A stretch of DNA of 64,000 bases from an uncultured Gemmatimonadales bacterium (GTDB lineage Bacteria; Gemmatimonadota; Gemmatimonadetes; Gemmatimonadales; GWC2-71-9), in the NCBI GenBank assembly GCA_963842945.1, contig CAWJIM010000019.1, positions 32,001 to 96,000 on the forward strand. The letters are read 5' to 3'. Shown here in pieces: positions 9,089 to 22,810 of this stretch (its first letter is position 1; each line of letters starts with the position of its first letter). Position numbers and translations under genes: made by a program. The notes below the pieces were generated by a model that was not told where the DNA came from, made no database searches, and saw only the letters and a program-made list of their open reading frames with translations.

Positions 9089-12022
9089 TTATCTGGGTTC
9101 GTCTACCAGCCGCGCCAGTTCCGCGCGCACCCGGTCCACCTCCGGTTTAACCGCAGTCTCAGGGTTGTAGCGCAGCGCGAGGTAATGGCTGTACGCCTTG
9201 ATCGCGCCCTCGCGGTCCCCCACGAGCGCCGCGAGGCGGCCCTGCTCCCGCAGGCCATACGCGAGGTTCAATATTGGGAAATATTTCGAGAGCAGCCGAG
9301 TTGCCCGGAGCGCACCCTGCAAGTCACCCTGGGCCTCGCGCCACCGTGCAACTTCCATGGCCCAGCCCGGCACTCCTCCACCTGCACGGAGAAGTGAGTC
9401 CAGCCGGCCAAACGCAGCTCCTGCGTCGGGCCGGTGCTCCGCGGCGGCCAGTAGCGCCTCCAACAAGAAGCCGCACCCCCAAGCATTCCCCGCCGCCAGT
9501 CGCGCGATCGCCGATCGGGCGGTCCGGGTGTTGCCATGGGCCAGTCGCCACCACTCCACGGGGCACATAGCCTCATATTGTTGCTTTCGGGCCGCCGAGT
9601 CTCGCGCCACCGGGCCATCAGCATATGGCGCGAGGCGGGCCAAGGCTTCCACGCCTGCCGTGGTGTCGACGTTCCCGTAGTACCCGTATATCGTGTGGAC
9701 GATGATGTACCCCTGCAGGAGGCGCGCAGCCCGTTCGCGGCGCATGAGTGTCGGGATGGCCTCCTTTGGACCCAACTGGGCGACCGCGGCCGTCGCTGCG
9801 GCAGGCCGACCCAACTGTTGATAGAAAACGAAAATGTCGAGGACCCCCCAGAAGCCACCCGGTCCCGGCCTCGACCGCCTCAGGTACAGCGCCGCACTGC
9901 GCTCGGCTTCCTGCATGGCGATTCCGAACAACTCTGCGTCGAGCAGCAGCTGATCAATGCCGTTGCCGGTGCTGTCGAACTCCTGCCGAGCCGCGATGAG
10001 CATCGCGCTATCGCCCAAGACCGCGCCGGCCTGTAGCCGACGCAAGGCGCTCCTGGGCTCATCCTTGGGAAGGCGGTTGATCAGCCGCCGCACCACGGCG
10101 GTGTCCCGCTCCATTTCGGCGATCTCCAGCAGGTGAATCATGGGCTCGACGTTGAGCGTCGAATCCAGCGCGAGCGCGCGGTTGAGCGCCTCCGCGGCGC
10201 GGCGGAGCGGCTCCTCGACGTCGGCCACGCCGCCGTCGTGGAAGTACGCGTCTCCCAGCTGGATCCACAGATCGGGGTCATCGGGCACCTGCCGCACCGC
10301 CTTTTCCCACGCCTGTATCCGCTCGGTGGATGACGGGGGATCAGGGTACCGGGGGCCCTCCAGCGCCTCGAGGAACACCTGCTCCCGTGGACCCAGCCGA
10401 TCACGGTAAGTCCGGGTGAGCCGCATGGCGCGCGTATCCCCCCCGCCTGTATTCTCGGTCCAACCCGCCGATTGGAGATATCCGAGCGCGGCACGGGCAA
10501 AGGTAGAGTCGAGCTCGAGCGCGCGGCCGAAGTGCCGGACGGCCGTATCGTACTGGCCGGCACGATAGGCCGCGTTGCCGGCGAGATAGGCGTACAAAGC
10601 GGAGAGCGACGTGCTCGTCAGACTCGCGAGGCGATCCGCCGGCACGCCCGCTCCCTGCGCCGCGAGCTGGGCGGCAAAGTGATCGACCAGCGAGTGGAGA
10701 CTGTCGGGCGTCCCTTCGACCTTGGCCTCGGCCCGTACCCGGCCGTCCTCGGTGTCGAGCAGCGACCCATTCAAGATCAGGCGTCCGGGCGTGGCCACGA
10801 TGGTGCCCAGCACCAGGGCGCCGGCTCCAAGCCGGCGCGCCACCTCGCGGGCGTCGTCCTGGGTAAGATCTTGACCCCGCGGTCCAACGGCTATGGTGCC
10901 ACGCGGCCAGGGCGGTCCGCGCCGGGACGACCCGGGCGCCGCCGGCGCCGGAGAACTCGACCTCCAGGAAGTCCACCATCCCTTCGCGCAGGGCGTTGGA
11001 ACTCGTGTCGGTGCCAGTGAGCCTGAAGGGAAAGACTGCCATGAGGCCGGGATCAAGTTTCGCTGATGGCGAGCGTCGGGCAAGGATCAGCGTTACGCCC
11101 AGGAGTACCGCGAGCAGTCCCGCCGCAGCAACGATCCAGCCCTGCGCTGGGGTGCATGGGCGCGTAGGCCGCGCTCACGCGCTACTGGCGCATTGGGCTG
11201 GGCAAGAGCCTCTGCAAACCGACCCACCGTTGCGAAGCGATCGGCAGGCGATTTCGACAGCGCCCGGTTGATCGCCTGCTCGACATGGAAGGGTACCGAC
11301 TCGCGCACGGTTCGGAGCGGCGGCACCGGTTCCGTCAGCCGCCGGGCCAGGATTGCCTGCGCGGTACGTCCGGTGAAGGGCGGTTCTCCGGCCAGCATCT
11401 CATACAGGACGCAACCCAGCGCGTACTGGTCGCTCCGCCCGTCCATGTTTTCGCCGGCCCCCTGCTCCGGGCTCATGTACAGTGGAGTGCCGAGGCTGAG
11501 CCCGGTCTCGGTCAGCGCCTCCGAGCTAGCCACAGTGATCGCCTTGGCGATCCCGAAATCCGCCACCACTGCGTGCCCGTTCTCCAGGAGGATGTTCCCC
11601 GGCTTGATGTCCCGGTGGATCACGCCGTAGGTGTGGGCGTAGTCCAGCGCGTCCGCCACCTCGCGCGCGATCTGCAGGGCGTCGTCGAGCGGCAGCTGCT
11701 TCTCGCGCCCCATTCGCTCGCGGAGGGACTCGCCCTCCACGAGGGGCATAACATAGAAAAGGAATTCGTCCGCCTCGCCGGAATCGAAGAGCGGGAGGAT
11801 GTGGGGGTGGCGCAGGTTGGCTGTGGTGGTGACCTCACGCAGGAAGCGATCCCGGCCCAGGGCGGCGGCGAGCTCGGGGCGGAGCACCTTGATGGCGACC
11901 TGGCGCCGGTGCTTCAGGTCCTGGGCCAGGTAGACGATCGCCATCCCACCCGAGCCGAGCTCGCGCTCGAGGTGATACCGATCGGCGAGGGCGGCCCGAA
12001 GCCGCGTGAGGATGTCGGACAG
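9089..12022 (-). CDS. Receptor-like Ser/Thr protein kinase 1 (kinase-TM-TolB-like-TPR; frameshifts ~10900-11160; start uncertain)
   Basis: RELGSGGMAIVYLA, VAIK, HRDIKPGN, DFG, GTPLYMSPEQ; then MAVFPFR...EGMVDFL and TPR-like helices ending HYLALRYNPETAVKPEVDRVRAELARLV. Confidence 0.85.
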
Positions 12023-12198
12023 GTTACAGGTCTGTGAGGGTGCTTGAAGATGGGCGACGCTTGCAGTGACTGGCTAGTCAAGCAGCCGCTCCAGTCCTGG
12101 AGCGAGCAGTACAGCAAACTCCACTCATCATGGGTTCTAGCGGTGAGTCGACCAGCAAGCAACGGGAGTACTAAGGCTAGAGGGGATCTGGATGAACG

Positions 12199-13177
12199 CA
12201 GCGGAGCCGCCGCCGGGGCGGTATATTTAGGTAGTTGTCCCTCCGCTGCGTGACACTCCCGGATCGGTCCCGGGTCCAAGGCCCCCATGAGTGCTTCCAC
12301 GTCGGCGACGTCCGATCAGCCGCTCGGATTTTCGTCGAGTGAGATCCCCCCGCGACTGGCGGCCGCTCTAGCGGACCGCTACGTGCTGGAGCGCGAGCTG
12401 GGCCGCGGGGGCATGGCCACGGTGTACCTGGCCCAGGACCTCCGGCACCACGCGCTCGGTCGCGCTCAAGGTGCTGCATCCCGCCCTGGCTCAGGCGCTG
12501 GGGCCGGAGCGCTTCCTTCGCGAAATCCAGATCGCCGCCCGGCTCCAGCACGCCCACATCCTGCCGCTGTTCGACTCGGGCACCGCCGACGGGCTGCCCT
12601 ACTACGCCATGCCCTACATCGAGGGCGAGTCGCTCCGGGCCCGGATGACCCGGGAGCGGCAGCTCGACCTCCCCGAGGCGCTGCGGATCAGCCGGGAGAT
12701 CGCCGCCGCGCTGGGCCACGCCCATGCCCAGGGGATCGTGCACCGCGACATCAAGCCGGAGAACATCCTGCTCACCCGGGAGGGGAGTGTGCTGGTGGCC
12801 GACTTCGGCATCGCCCGGGCGGTCGGCCGCCGCCGGGGTCGAGAAGCTGACCGAGACCGGGCTCTCGCTGGGCACGCCGGCCTACATGAGCCCGGAGCAG
12901 GCCGCGGGGGACGACCAGCTGGATGGCCGCAGCGACCTCTACGCCCTGGGCTGTGTGCTCTACGAGATGCTGGCGGGCCAGCCCCCCTTCACCGGACGCA
13001 CCGCCCAGGCGATCCTGGCCCGGCACGCCATCGATCCGGTGCCCAGCCTCCGCACGGTGCGCTCGACCGTCCCCCTGGCCCTGGACCACGCCATCAGCAC
13101 GCCACTGGCCAAGGTGCCGGCCGACCGGTTCGCCACCGCGGGCGCATTCGTCAGCGCGCTGGACCAAGCAGCGAGTG
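12199..13177 (+). repeat. Direct repeat copy A: promoter/leader plus kinase domain
   Basis: Near-identical by eye to 22811-23767 and 25991-26966, including the leader GGTATA(T/C)T...CCGCTG.GTG...ACTCCCGGATC.GTCCCGGGTCCAAGG..CCCATGAGTGCT. Confidence 0.9.
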
Positions 13178-15319
13178 TGACGGCGCCTTCGCGTCCCGGC
13201 CTTCGGATACGCAAGACACTGCTTCTGGGTTTGATTGTCGCGATCGTGGCAGTGGGGGTCGGCTACCTGATCAGGCGCTCACCGAGCACCGCCGCGTCGA
13301 GCCCGAAACTCGTGGCCATCCTCCCGTTCCGCACCTCGGGAGCAAGCCCCGAGCTCGCCTGGGTGCGCGAGGGTATGGTCGATCTACTCGCCATCGCGCT
13401 CGGCAGCGAGGGCGATCTTAGAGCTGTCGAGCCGCGGGCAGTACTCAGCGCCTGGAGCCGGGTGGCGGGAGCACACGACCAGGAGATCACTCCCGAGGCG
13501 GCACGCGATCTGGCGCAAAGTGTAGGGGCCGGGCGCGTTATTGACGGCGGCGTGGTCGGCACTGCCCAGTCACCTGACGCTGAGCGCCGCTTTGCTGGGC
13601 TACCCTGGGGCGCCGGGCAGGGGCCGCGCGAGCGTGGAGGGCCCGGTCGACAGCCTATCAATGTTGGTCAATCGACTGGCCGGACAACTGTTGATCCTAG
13701 AGGCCGGCACAGAAGCCTCCCGGCCCTCTCCGCTCACCACCACATCAATGCCGGCAATCCGCGCCTACCTTGCTGGGCGCGCGGCCTTCCGCAAGGGTCT
13801 CCCCTACGACGCAGCCCGCCATTATCGCGAGGCAACGGTTCTGGATTCCACCTTCGCGCTGGCGGCGCTGGAGCTGGTGCATGCGTCGAACTGGACCGGC
13901 GATTCGGAGGAAGATGCCGAGCGCGGCAAGCGGCTGGCCTTGGCTGGTAGAGGGCGGCTCGGTGCCAGCGATCAGGCGTTGCTGGATGTCTGGGCCGTGC
14001 CGCTGCCTACCATCCCCGACCGGCTGCGGCGATGGCACGCGGCTGCGCGCGCGTACCCCGACCGTCCGGAAATCTGGTACGGACTCGGAGATACCTACTA
14101 CCACGTCGGCATGAAAGGCGGGGTGGACGATCCCCTGCGACTCGCGGCTGGGGCATTTCAACGGGGCTGGGAGCTCGAATCGGCGAGTGAGACCGATTCC
14201 CTAGCCGCTGCGCGGTCGCCCATCTTCGCCGAGCCGCTGGCGCACATGGTCGAGATCGCACAGGTGAAAGGCGATACCGCGTCGGTGCGTGGCCTCGTCG
14301 CTTTAGGGTTGGCCGCCGACTCGACGAACCGGGGTGGATGGTACCTGCGCTGGCATCGGGCGGTCGCGTTGGGGGACTCGGCCCGGCGCGCCTACTGGGC
14401 CGAAGCCCAGCGGATCCAGCTGGGGCCATTTCCGTTCGATTTGATCTATCGGTTCACCGCCTCATCGGGCATCGGAATGCAGGACTACGCTCGCGTGGCC
14501 GACTCGATGTTCCGGCTATGGAAGGCCGGCAACCCCGAACAGGCGGCCTTCCACCAAAGCGTGCACGAGCTGAATGGGGGCCATCCCCGCAACGCCGCAC
14601 GCCTGCTGCTTAAAATCCCCGACGCGTCAGGTCTGAGCTTAGGCTTTCCCATTCGCCTCGCGCTGTATTGGGGAGGGGACACCAGCGCGGCAGTCGAGGG
14701 CGCCAGGCAGTTGCTGCCATACGCTACCTCCAGACTTGCCCGCGGTGAAGCCGGACAGGACCAGTTGCAGAGCGTCTGTGCTCTAGCCACATGGCGTCTT
14801 GCCCGCGGAGACTACCGATACGCCGAGGCAGCGATCCGACGGCTTCGTGGTACCGTGGTGACGGGGCTCCTCCCGGGTGATTCAATCGCCGTCAGCCAAT
14901 ACACAACCCTATGTGGTGCGTTGCTCGAGGCCTCACGGGCTGAGGGACTCCACTTGCCAAACGCCCGGGCCGCGCTCGCATTGGCCGATACCGCCGCTCG
15001 GACTTATGACGTGGGAGCATCGCTTGGTGCGAACCTCGTAGTCGCCCGTATTGCCGAGGCTCAAGCCAACCTCCCGTTGGCCATCAGGGCGGTGCGCCGG
15101 CGCGCCGGCAGCTATGATCTGCTTCCCACCTATTATCTCTCCACCTTCTTGCACGAGGAGGGGCGCCTCGCCGCGCTCACCGGCGACACGGCCGGTGCTG
15201 TTCGGGCATACCAGCACTACCTCGCCCTTCGACCGGATCCAGAACCGGAGGTAAAGCCGGAAGTCGAGCGGGTGCGGGAAGAGCTCGCGCGAATGGTGGG
15301 AGAGCACCCAGGGCAGTAG
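12287..15319 (+). CDS. Receptor-like Ser/Thr protein kinase 2 (frameshifts ~12450, ~12825, ~13565)
   Basis: Kinase motifs HRDIKPEN/DFG/GTPAYMSPEQ; TM LLLGLIVAIVAVGVGYLI; VAILPFRT; TPR-like region ending HYLALRPDPEPEVKPEVERVREELARMVGEHPGQ. Confidence 0.85.
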
Positions 15320-15346
15320 CCAAAGTGCATCGCCTGTGCGGGTCGA

Positions 15347-18300
15347 TTATTCCGCGAAGTTCACCACGGTGAAGCGCCCGACCCGACGAGCATCGCCGGC
15401 CTCGATGTGGTAGAAATAAACCCCGCTCGCCACCACCTGATTATTGCGACTCCGGACGTCCCAGGTCTCCGCGCCCCCAAACGTGCTCGAGTGATGCTCC
15501 AGCAGGGTGACGAGAACCCCGCTGGAGGAATAGATCCTGATGATGGCATCGGCCGGCAGATTGACGAACTGGATCACCTTGCCCTGGGAGGTGCGTTCGA
15601 ACTGACTGGTGACATAGTAGGGATCGGGCACCGTGTGCACCCGGGCCAGATCCTGTGATGTGGACGCTGCGAGTGCATTCGTGGCGCTGAAGGTGAGGTT
15701 TACCTGGGCCCCGAGTGCCGAGAAGGTCCGCGGCACTCCCGTGAAGCTGTATGGTCCCAGCGATCCCGCGGCACCGTTCCCCCCGTTCACATATCCGATG
15801 TAGCTGCGCATGGTCCAGATGGTGCCTGGGGCCGGCACACCAGCGCCGGGTGCGAGCTCGAACATGAAGATGTCGCCCGCCAGGTACATCGAAAAACCGG
15901 GGTTGGGACGAGCCGGAGCCGCAGCGATCTCAGCCGCTCCCCCACCGGAGATCACGGTCGATCCGGGGACGGCTGTGTTGCTCAAGGTGTACGCGACTGT
16001 ACAATTGGACGCTCCGTTGCTGAACGCAAAAGGTTGGTCGGGCTGGCGGCTGGGATCATTCAGCGGGAACACGCAGCCATAGTCCAGCACGGTGAGATTG
16101 GCGGGGCGCGCATCCGCCGAGCCGGCCGCGCTGGTATTGGCCTGATTGAGGAATCCCCAGCCCCCACCCAGGCTCTCGGCGATGAACGGCACCGGAACGT
16201 TGTGGGTCAGGTCGATGACCGAATCAACCAGTCCGCCTGCTCCCCAATAGACGTTATAGTCTGCCGCCCGGACCGCGCCGGCCAGCGCGGCCTCGATCGC
16301 CCGGAACTCGCCACCGACCTGGTGGTATGACTGCGGGTGCTGGATCGTGAGCACCCCCGGCAGCTCACCAGCGTTGTTGTTGTCCGTGGCGTCGCCGCTG
16401 CCGGCCACGTTTCCCGCATTCGGGTCAGCCCTGGTTTCGTTAGACCCCGAGAACCAGCGGGGCCCATTGTAGGTGCAGTTGCCCCCGAACAGGTCGTCGA
16501 TGTGGCAGCCCCGCCCATATGCCTCCGTGAACTGATACCCAACCAGGCCCTGAGTGACCTGCCCGTTCTGCACGAAGCCGGCAGGGACTCCGAACTTGGC
16601 GGCGAGAGACGGGTCCGCTGTTGCCGCCGGGACCGGCCCGCTCAGCATCTGCGGATTGGCCGTGTCCACCGGCTGGGCGATGGCGATGGCGATGGTATCC
16701 AGCACACCAGAGGCCGAGCTGGTCTCATAGGTATAGGTGACCGGGATACTGTTTCGGGAGTCGCCCAGGCCGAGCCCAAGCAGCCTGGCGCTGAAGGTGC
16801 CGGTTCCGCTGAAAATCGTGGCAGCCAGACCGCCGGAGAATCCGAGTTGAATGTTGTCGGCCGGGGGCTGCTTGCCGCTGAACCGGCCCGTGGTCGGCTC
16901 TATCGTCGGAATGGTTGCGCCCACGCTGAGATTCACGCCACGACCCTCGATTGATTGCGTCAGCGTGGCTGTGCTCTGGAAGTTCGCCGCCGGGGCCTGG
17001 GGCACCACCGGCTTGGTATTGCGCACGGACTCGTTGGTGGACGGGCCCGATTGAAGCGAATTCACGTCGAAGGCTGTCACCGAATAGAAGTAACGCAGGT
17101 TGCTGCGCACACCGGTGTCCAGGAAGGTGAACGGCACCCCGTTGTCGGACAGCTCGGGGGTGTTGCCCGACTCCGAGCCGGTGAAAGCGGTATCCGCTTG
17201 CAGGAGGATCGCCTCTCCGGTCGCAAGCTTGGTGCGTCCGCCGCGCTTTACCTGGATGATGGGTCCGACCAGGGGAACATCGATGCTGACGGTCGGCGCC
17301 ACACCCACCACCAGCGAGTCGAAGTCCACCGGACAACCGAACGTTGTGTCGGAGAGGGCCGGATCATCCGGGGTCGGGCCGATGGTGACAGTGTTGATGC
17401 CCAACTCCGGGGCGCATCCCGGCGACGGATTGACCTGACCCTGGAAGTCGCTGATGCTGGTACCGGCATAGTCGAACTGCGCCACCAGGGAAAGCTCGTT
17501 CGGAGAATCCACCCGGCCTCGATAGACCCGGTATCCCTCGACGTCGAACTGCCGATAGTTCGGGTCGTACAGCGGATTGGGCACCGGAGCACCGCCACCT
17601 GGGGCCGGGACAGTGGGAGGACTGGCGCTGGCGAAGAACGGGTCTCCCGTGTTCTCGGTGGGACTGGACTGCCAGAGAACCGTTACCTGGTTGTCTCCTG
17701 GAATCAAATAGAACGGCGGTGGGTCTGGAGGGAACGGAAGCAGAAATCCTTCATCGAACACGGCCTGAGCTACCCGCGCCTTCCCCAACAGCGAGCCTGG
17801 CACTACCCGGAATTCCTCCTGCTCGACCCGGCCATTCCCGTTGGCATCGGTGAATCCACGGTATCCGGTGAGACGATCAATTGGGTTCACCCCAGCATCC
17901 ATGCGCACCGGGTCACCGAGAATGGTGGCGTCCTCGGGACGGATATCGCACGGTGGAGTGCAGACCGGATCCTGCACTGGAGCGGCGAAGATATACGCCA
18001 CCACGATAGAGCCGAACTCGCCTGGGTTCAGGGTCATCGGCCCGGAGGACTGGAAAAAGCGGATGTCGGCGGGTTGGGCATTATTGATGAAGCAGATATG
18101 GGTGACTCTGGGGTCGCCGTTGTTGCATTGGCTGTCACCCAGTGCCGGGTCCAGGGTGGCGGAGAGATAGCGGTAGAGCTGTTGGGCGGTGGACGGATCG
18201 TTAAAGGAGCCCCCATTGAGGGTGTTGCCGAACACCGTGAGCCCCACCTCCTGACCCTCGGAGTTCAGTGGGCTCCGCAGATACTTCACCCCGGCAAAGC

Positions 18301-19284
18301 CGGTTCCGGCGAAGAAGGGAGGGCCGAAGATTGCCGGGTCGTAGGTCCAATCCTCGCGCTGGCCGAAGCTGTGGTCGTAGGTGTAGCCCAGGGCAAAGGG
18401 AAGGTTCACCGAGGAATAATTCTGCCCCGCGTCGGCGACATCCATGTCGGCGGCGAACGCAACGTAGACCTCGCGGATGGGATATCCTCGCTCCGGAAGC
18501 GCCACGTTATACGCCGCATTGTTGAGCTGCTGGAAGTCTCTGGCCTTCTCCAGCAGGATCTCCCGCATGGCCGGCCGCACATTGGAATAATCCGCAACGT
18601 CGGTAGACGTGATATTGTAGATGGTATAGATGAAGTAGAGGATATCCTCGTTGCCGGCTGGGAAAGTTCCAGCCCATTCCCCGCTGCTCGAGCAGAACAC
18701 CCAGTGGATGCGGCCGCGGCGCGCGGCCGGTGATAGCCGGGTTCCCCTCCCAGGTGAGCCACCAGACGTCGCCCGGATGAGGCTGACGCCCGCCCCCGAA
18801 GAATCGGGTTGAAGAGCTCCTCTGAGGCATCACCGGCCGGGACATAGGCGGCCGCCGGCCAGTCAGCCAGATCCACCGGGTTGTTAGAGTTAAAGATCGG
18901 ACGCACCGGCTCGCCGTCGCCTGCCCCGACCGGGTTATAAAAGGTCGCGCTGCTGGTGTCCCCCGCCCACGGGTTGGCAGGCGCGCCACCCACTATACCG
19001 GCGAGCTGGAATCCCGAGGCGAAGATGTACTGATCGGCGGTTCCTTTGGGCCAGAAACCGCCACCCACAGCACCCGAGCCGGTGCTATCCACGCAGATTT
19101 GTCCGACGGCCACCAATCCGCAGTAGACCCGGTTGATGGTCAGCGCCCCCGTGGCACGTGCCAGCAGGCGAAAGCCTGTCTGGATATCCCCGGCCTCGGA
19201 CGCACCGAACCAGCGGCCAGGAACTGGGGGTAGCCCTACGAGCCCGGCCATCATCGCGAGATTCACCAGGCAGGCTCTGCTCAA
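15347..19284 (-). CDS. Large exported protein (~1300 aa) with Fn3-like segment and C-terminal FlgD-Ig / T9SS-CTD-like domain; partner of the upstream TBDR (frameshifts ~18660-18780)
   Basis: GGGFWPKGTADQYIF, GDNQVTVLW...DVEGYRVYR...RYFYSVTAFD, C-terminal VHTVPDPY...IQFVNLP..AIIRIYSSSG.LV..LEH...WDVRSRNNQVVASGVYFYHIEA; start overlaps the TBDR stop. Confidence 0.75.
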
Positions 19285-22200
19285 AACGATACCTCGATTC
19301 CCAGTCGCAGCCGGCGGGGATCGCCGGTGAGATTATGGCGGCCTCGGGCAAAGAAGGTGCGAGGTCCGGCCCACCGCCGCATAGAGGGCATCGGAGGCAC
19401 GGCGCTGCTCGTCCAGATCGAACACGTGGTCCCCGTTTCCGTAGCGCTCCTCGGCCCGAATGAGGTAGACGCAGTTGGGCGCAGCCGGCAGTCCTCCCCC
19501 GCTGAGCCACTCCCGCGCATCCGGAGGCGCCCGCGCCTCCGAATTGAAGGTCCAGGGACCCGTCGCCGAGGTAGACTCCCGACGCATGTCCCCGCGGCCG
19601 CATAGTCGGAACTGTCGGTGGACCAGCGGTTCTGCCGGTCCGCCGAATTGACAATGTCGCCGGTGGTGCTGAAGACCCGTAGGGTGTTCACAAAGTTGAA
19701 CAGGTTCCGGACGTCCAGGTACGCGGTGAGTCCAGCCGAGCCGATGCCGAACTCCTTCGTGAGCCTGAGATCGAACTGCCGCCAGGCGGGCAACCTGGCA
19801 GCCGTTGATGCCGCCGGCGCCCTGGCTGCAGCCGTCACCGGAAAGCCGGTCCTCATTGCCCTGGGCGGCCGAGCAGGTGGTATAGGGCGTGCCGCTGGCG
19901 TAACGGAAGACCGCAAAAAGTCCCAGGTTGCGCAACAGCGTCCCGGGGAAGGTTCCCCGCTTCCAATCGGGGGGAAATGTGATGGCGACGGCGCCGGCAA
20001 GATTGTGGGGACGACTGAAGTTCGTGGGCAGGATGGCTTGAGGGGGTGGCCCAATGGCTCCCCCGAGTCCTTCGAGGGCAACCACACCGGCATTTTGGTT
20101 ACTGAATGGATCCGAGCCGGTGCTCTTGGCGTTCTGATAGGTGTAGGAGATGGTGCCGTTCAGCAGGCTTCCGATCCGCCGGTCAAGCCGGACATCGATC
20201 CCACGCGTGTTCCCGTAGTCGGCGTTGGTGAACTTGCCCTGGACACCGCCGGCGCCGGTGAATGGATCAGTCACCGGAAAGGTGCGGGCCGCCGCCACCG
20301 CGAGATTGTCCTTGTTGTACGCCGCGATGTCCAGCACCATGTCGTCACTGAATGCGTGTCGGACCCCGAACTCGAACAGGATCGTCTTCCCGAAATCCAG
20401 ATCAGTCCCCGTCCCGCCGAAGTTGACGCCATCGAGCACCAGGCCGAAGTCTGGAGGTTGTACCTGATGGGCGTAGGACAGACGGAAGTTGGTGCGAGTG
20501 GTGACCGGAAATGAGACCTGAATATGGGGACTCAGGTATCCATGGCCGCCGTCGGGCCGCGTGGTGACCAATGGTCTGCCATCTGCTGAATTGCCGCCCG
20601 CTCCATACTGCGCCGCATTCCCGGTCGCGAGGTATTCTCCGAAGGTGGGGCTCCCCGCGATCGTATCGAGAAGGAGATCGCGACTGGCCCTGGAGGCATA
20701 CGCGTCGAAGCGCACCCCTCCCACCAGTACCACATCACCCAGGTCGAGCCGATCCTCCAGGAAAAGATTCCAGCGTATGGGCCGCTCGAGGTAGGCATCG
20801 CTGAAGTCGCTCGCCTGCAGTTCGGTCACGTACCGATCGAGAGAATACTGAGTGAACTCACCCCCGCTCCGAAGCCGGTTGTAGCGATCGACCTGCCAGT
20901 CCAGATTGGCCTTGGCCAGGTAGCGTCTCTCCCGAACCAGCCGAAATGCCGCCGCTGGGGCCCCCGGACTCCCACCATCCCGGGAGACCGTAGGCATCAT
21001 TGCTGAACTGATCTACCAGGCTGTACTGGCCGGTGTTTTCCTGGTCGTAAGGACTCCGCCCGGGCAGCTTCTTCTGCAGATTGTGCACCAGCTCGTCATT
21101 GATCGGGAAGTTGTCGAAATCGAAGAGGAAACCGAGTGGTGCGAGCATGAAGCCGCCAAAGGGGTGCCGGGTGGCCCGCTCAGTCTCCGGCGTGAGCGGG
21201 CCCTCGATTTGGCGGTCCTCCTGGTACGACAGATACGTCTCCAGTGCGAGCGCGCGATCGGCAGTGCGCCGCAGGTTTGGCGTCCAGCTCAGGCTCAGGA
21301 TGTTGCTCCAGTGACGCCAGCCCTCCGTATCCGCCGAGTTGTACAGATTGGAGTAGTCGAAGACACGTCCCTGGTTTTGGCTGCCCAGGTAACTCAGCGC
21401 GATCCGAGACCCGCGACCATAGGTGTAATTCAGCTTGCCCTGAAGCTCGTAGCTCGAGGTACCACTCAACGGCGTGCGGATGCCCTGGCAGGCGAGTCCG
21501 TAGTTGGTGCGGATCCCCTCGTTGGCGCTGCCCGCGAATGCGTCGCACTGGCCCCGGTAAATGGCCAATCGGTACACCGGGACATAGACGTATCGGCGAA
21601 CGGATCCCCCGCTTCGCTGGGCACGGCCACCGTGGTGTCCACCCCCGCCGATACGAAGATGGGCGCCTTCTCGGCGTCGAAGCCGGTCCGCGCTGACTGC
21701 TGTCCTTCCAGCACGCCGGAGAAAAAAAGGCTGAGGTGCCGAGCGACCGGTACGCTGAGCGTGGCCTGGAGCCGGTTGAAGCCGAGGCTGTGATTCACAC
21801 CAAACGGCTCATCCGTCTCGTAGGCGAGAGATCCGGCCAGCTGATCGCCGGTCCGGGTCTGAATGGAGACGACCCCGGACAGTGCATTGCCGAACTCGGC
21901 CGATGCGGCCCCGGTCGTCAGTGAGGCCTCTTCCACGCCGTTGCTCCCGACGCTGATCTCGGTACCTGGAGGATCGCCATAGCCCACCGACCGATACCCT
22001 GGAGTTACCGGTACTCCATCGATATAGGTGACCGCCTCGTCCGGGCGGCCGCCACGGATTGATAGTGGCGGGCTGCCGCGGCCGTCGTCGTCCACGCCGG
22101 CCACGACCCCCGGCTGCAGGGCGAGTACGCCCGCGGAGCCGATCGACCGGTAACTCGTCGGCGAACTCCCCATTCACCCGTTGCTTGCTGGTGACTTCGT

Positions 22201-22591
22201 CGCGGGGGACCAGGAGGTTCTCCGCGATGACGGTGATGAGCTCCTGTAGCTGAACCGGCGCAGGCTCCAATACGAAGTCCTGGGTGATAGTCTGCCCGGC
22301 CAGGACTCGGAGATTCCGCAGCTCGACGGGACGATGGCCGATCAGCGCGACCCTCATGGCGATGGTGCCGGCGGGTATGTTGTTGATGAAGTAGTGGCCG
22401 CGAGGATCGGTCAGCGCGGAATACGTGGTGCCGACGATGTAAACTTGCGCTTCCACCAGAGGGCTGCCGTCGGGAGAACGCACCCCACCATCGATCTTGC
22501 CGGTCGGTGCCTGTGCCTCGAGTCGTCCCACGGCCAGCATAACCGATAAAAACAGAATGGCCACACGTTCACTGGGCGGGGCACGCTGCAC
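19281..22591 (-). CDS. TonB-dependent receptor with N-terminal carboxypeptidase-regulatory-like domain (several frameshifts)
   Basis: Signal peptide; TGKIDG.V...PLVEAQVYIVGT...TDPRGHYFINNIPAG; plug LALQPGV...IRGGRPDE..TYIDG, SAEFGNALSGVVSI; barrel SPHIQVSFPVT..TNFRLSY, YLDVRNLFN, terminal PRRLRLGIEVSF. Confidence 0.85.
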
Positions 22592-22810
22592 GCGATTACT
22601 CCGGGGCTACAGAGGCGAGGAGAGCAGGGTTACTCTAAGCGGCGTTCGTGAAAAGGCCGTAAATCGGACGGGCAGGACGCGGGTCCGAGTTGCGACCGCA
22701 ACCAGACTTCAAGATTAGCTGAGAGAAGAAAGGGCGAGCCGCTCAAACCTGTGGCGCGGTCCATTAGGCCGCAAGTGGACAGCGAGGTTGTGGGATTACT
22801 CGGTCACCTT

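Noticed and set aside
16955..18733. Long antisense/alternate-frame ORFs (e.g. 16955-18733 +, 41961-43352 +, 45618-47078 +, 49217-50302 +)
   Set aside because: Shadow ORFs of real opposite-strand genes in high-GC DNA; no recognisable motifs.
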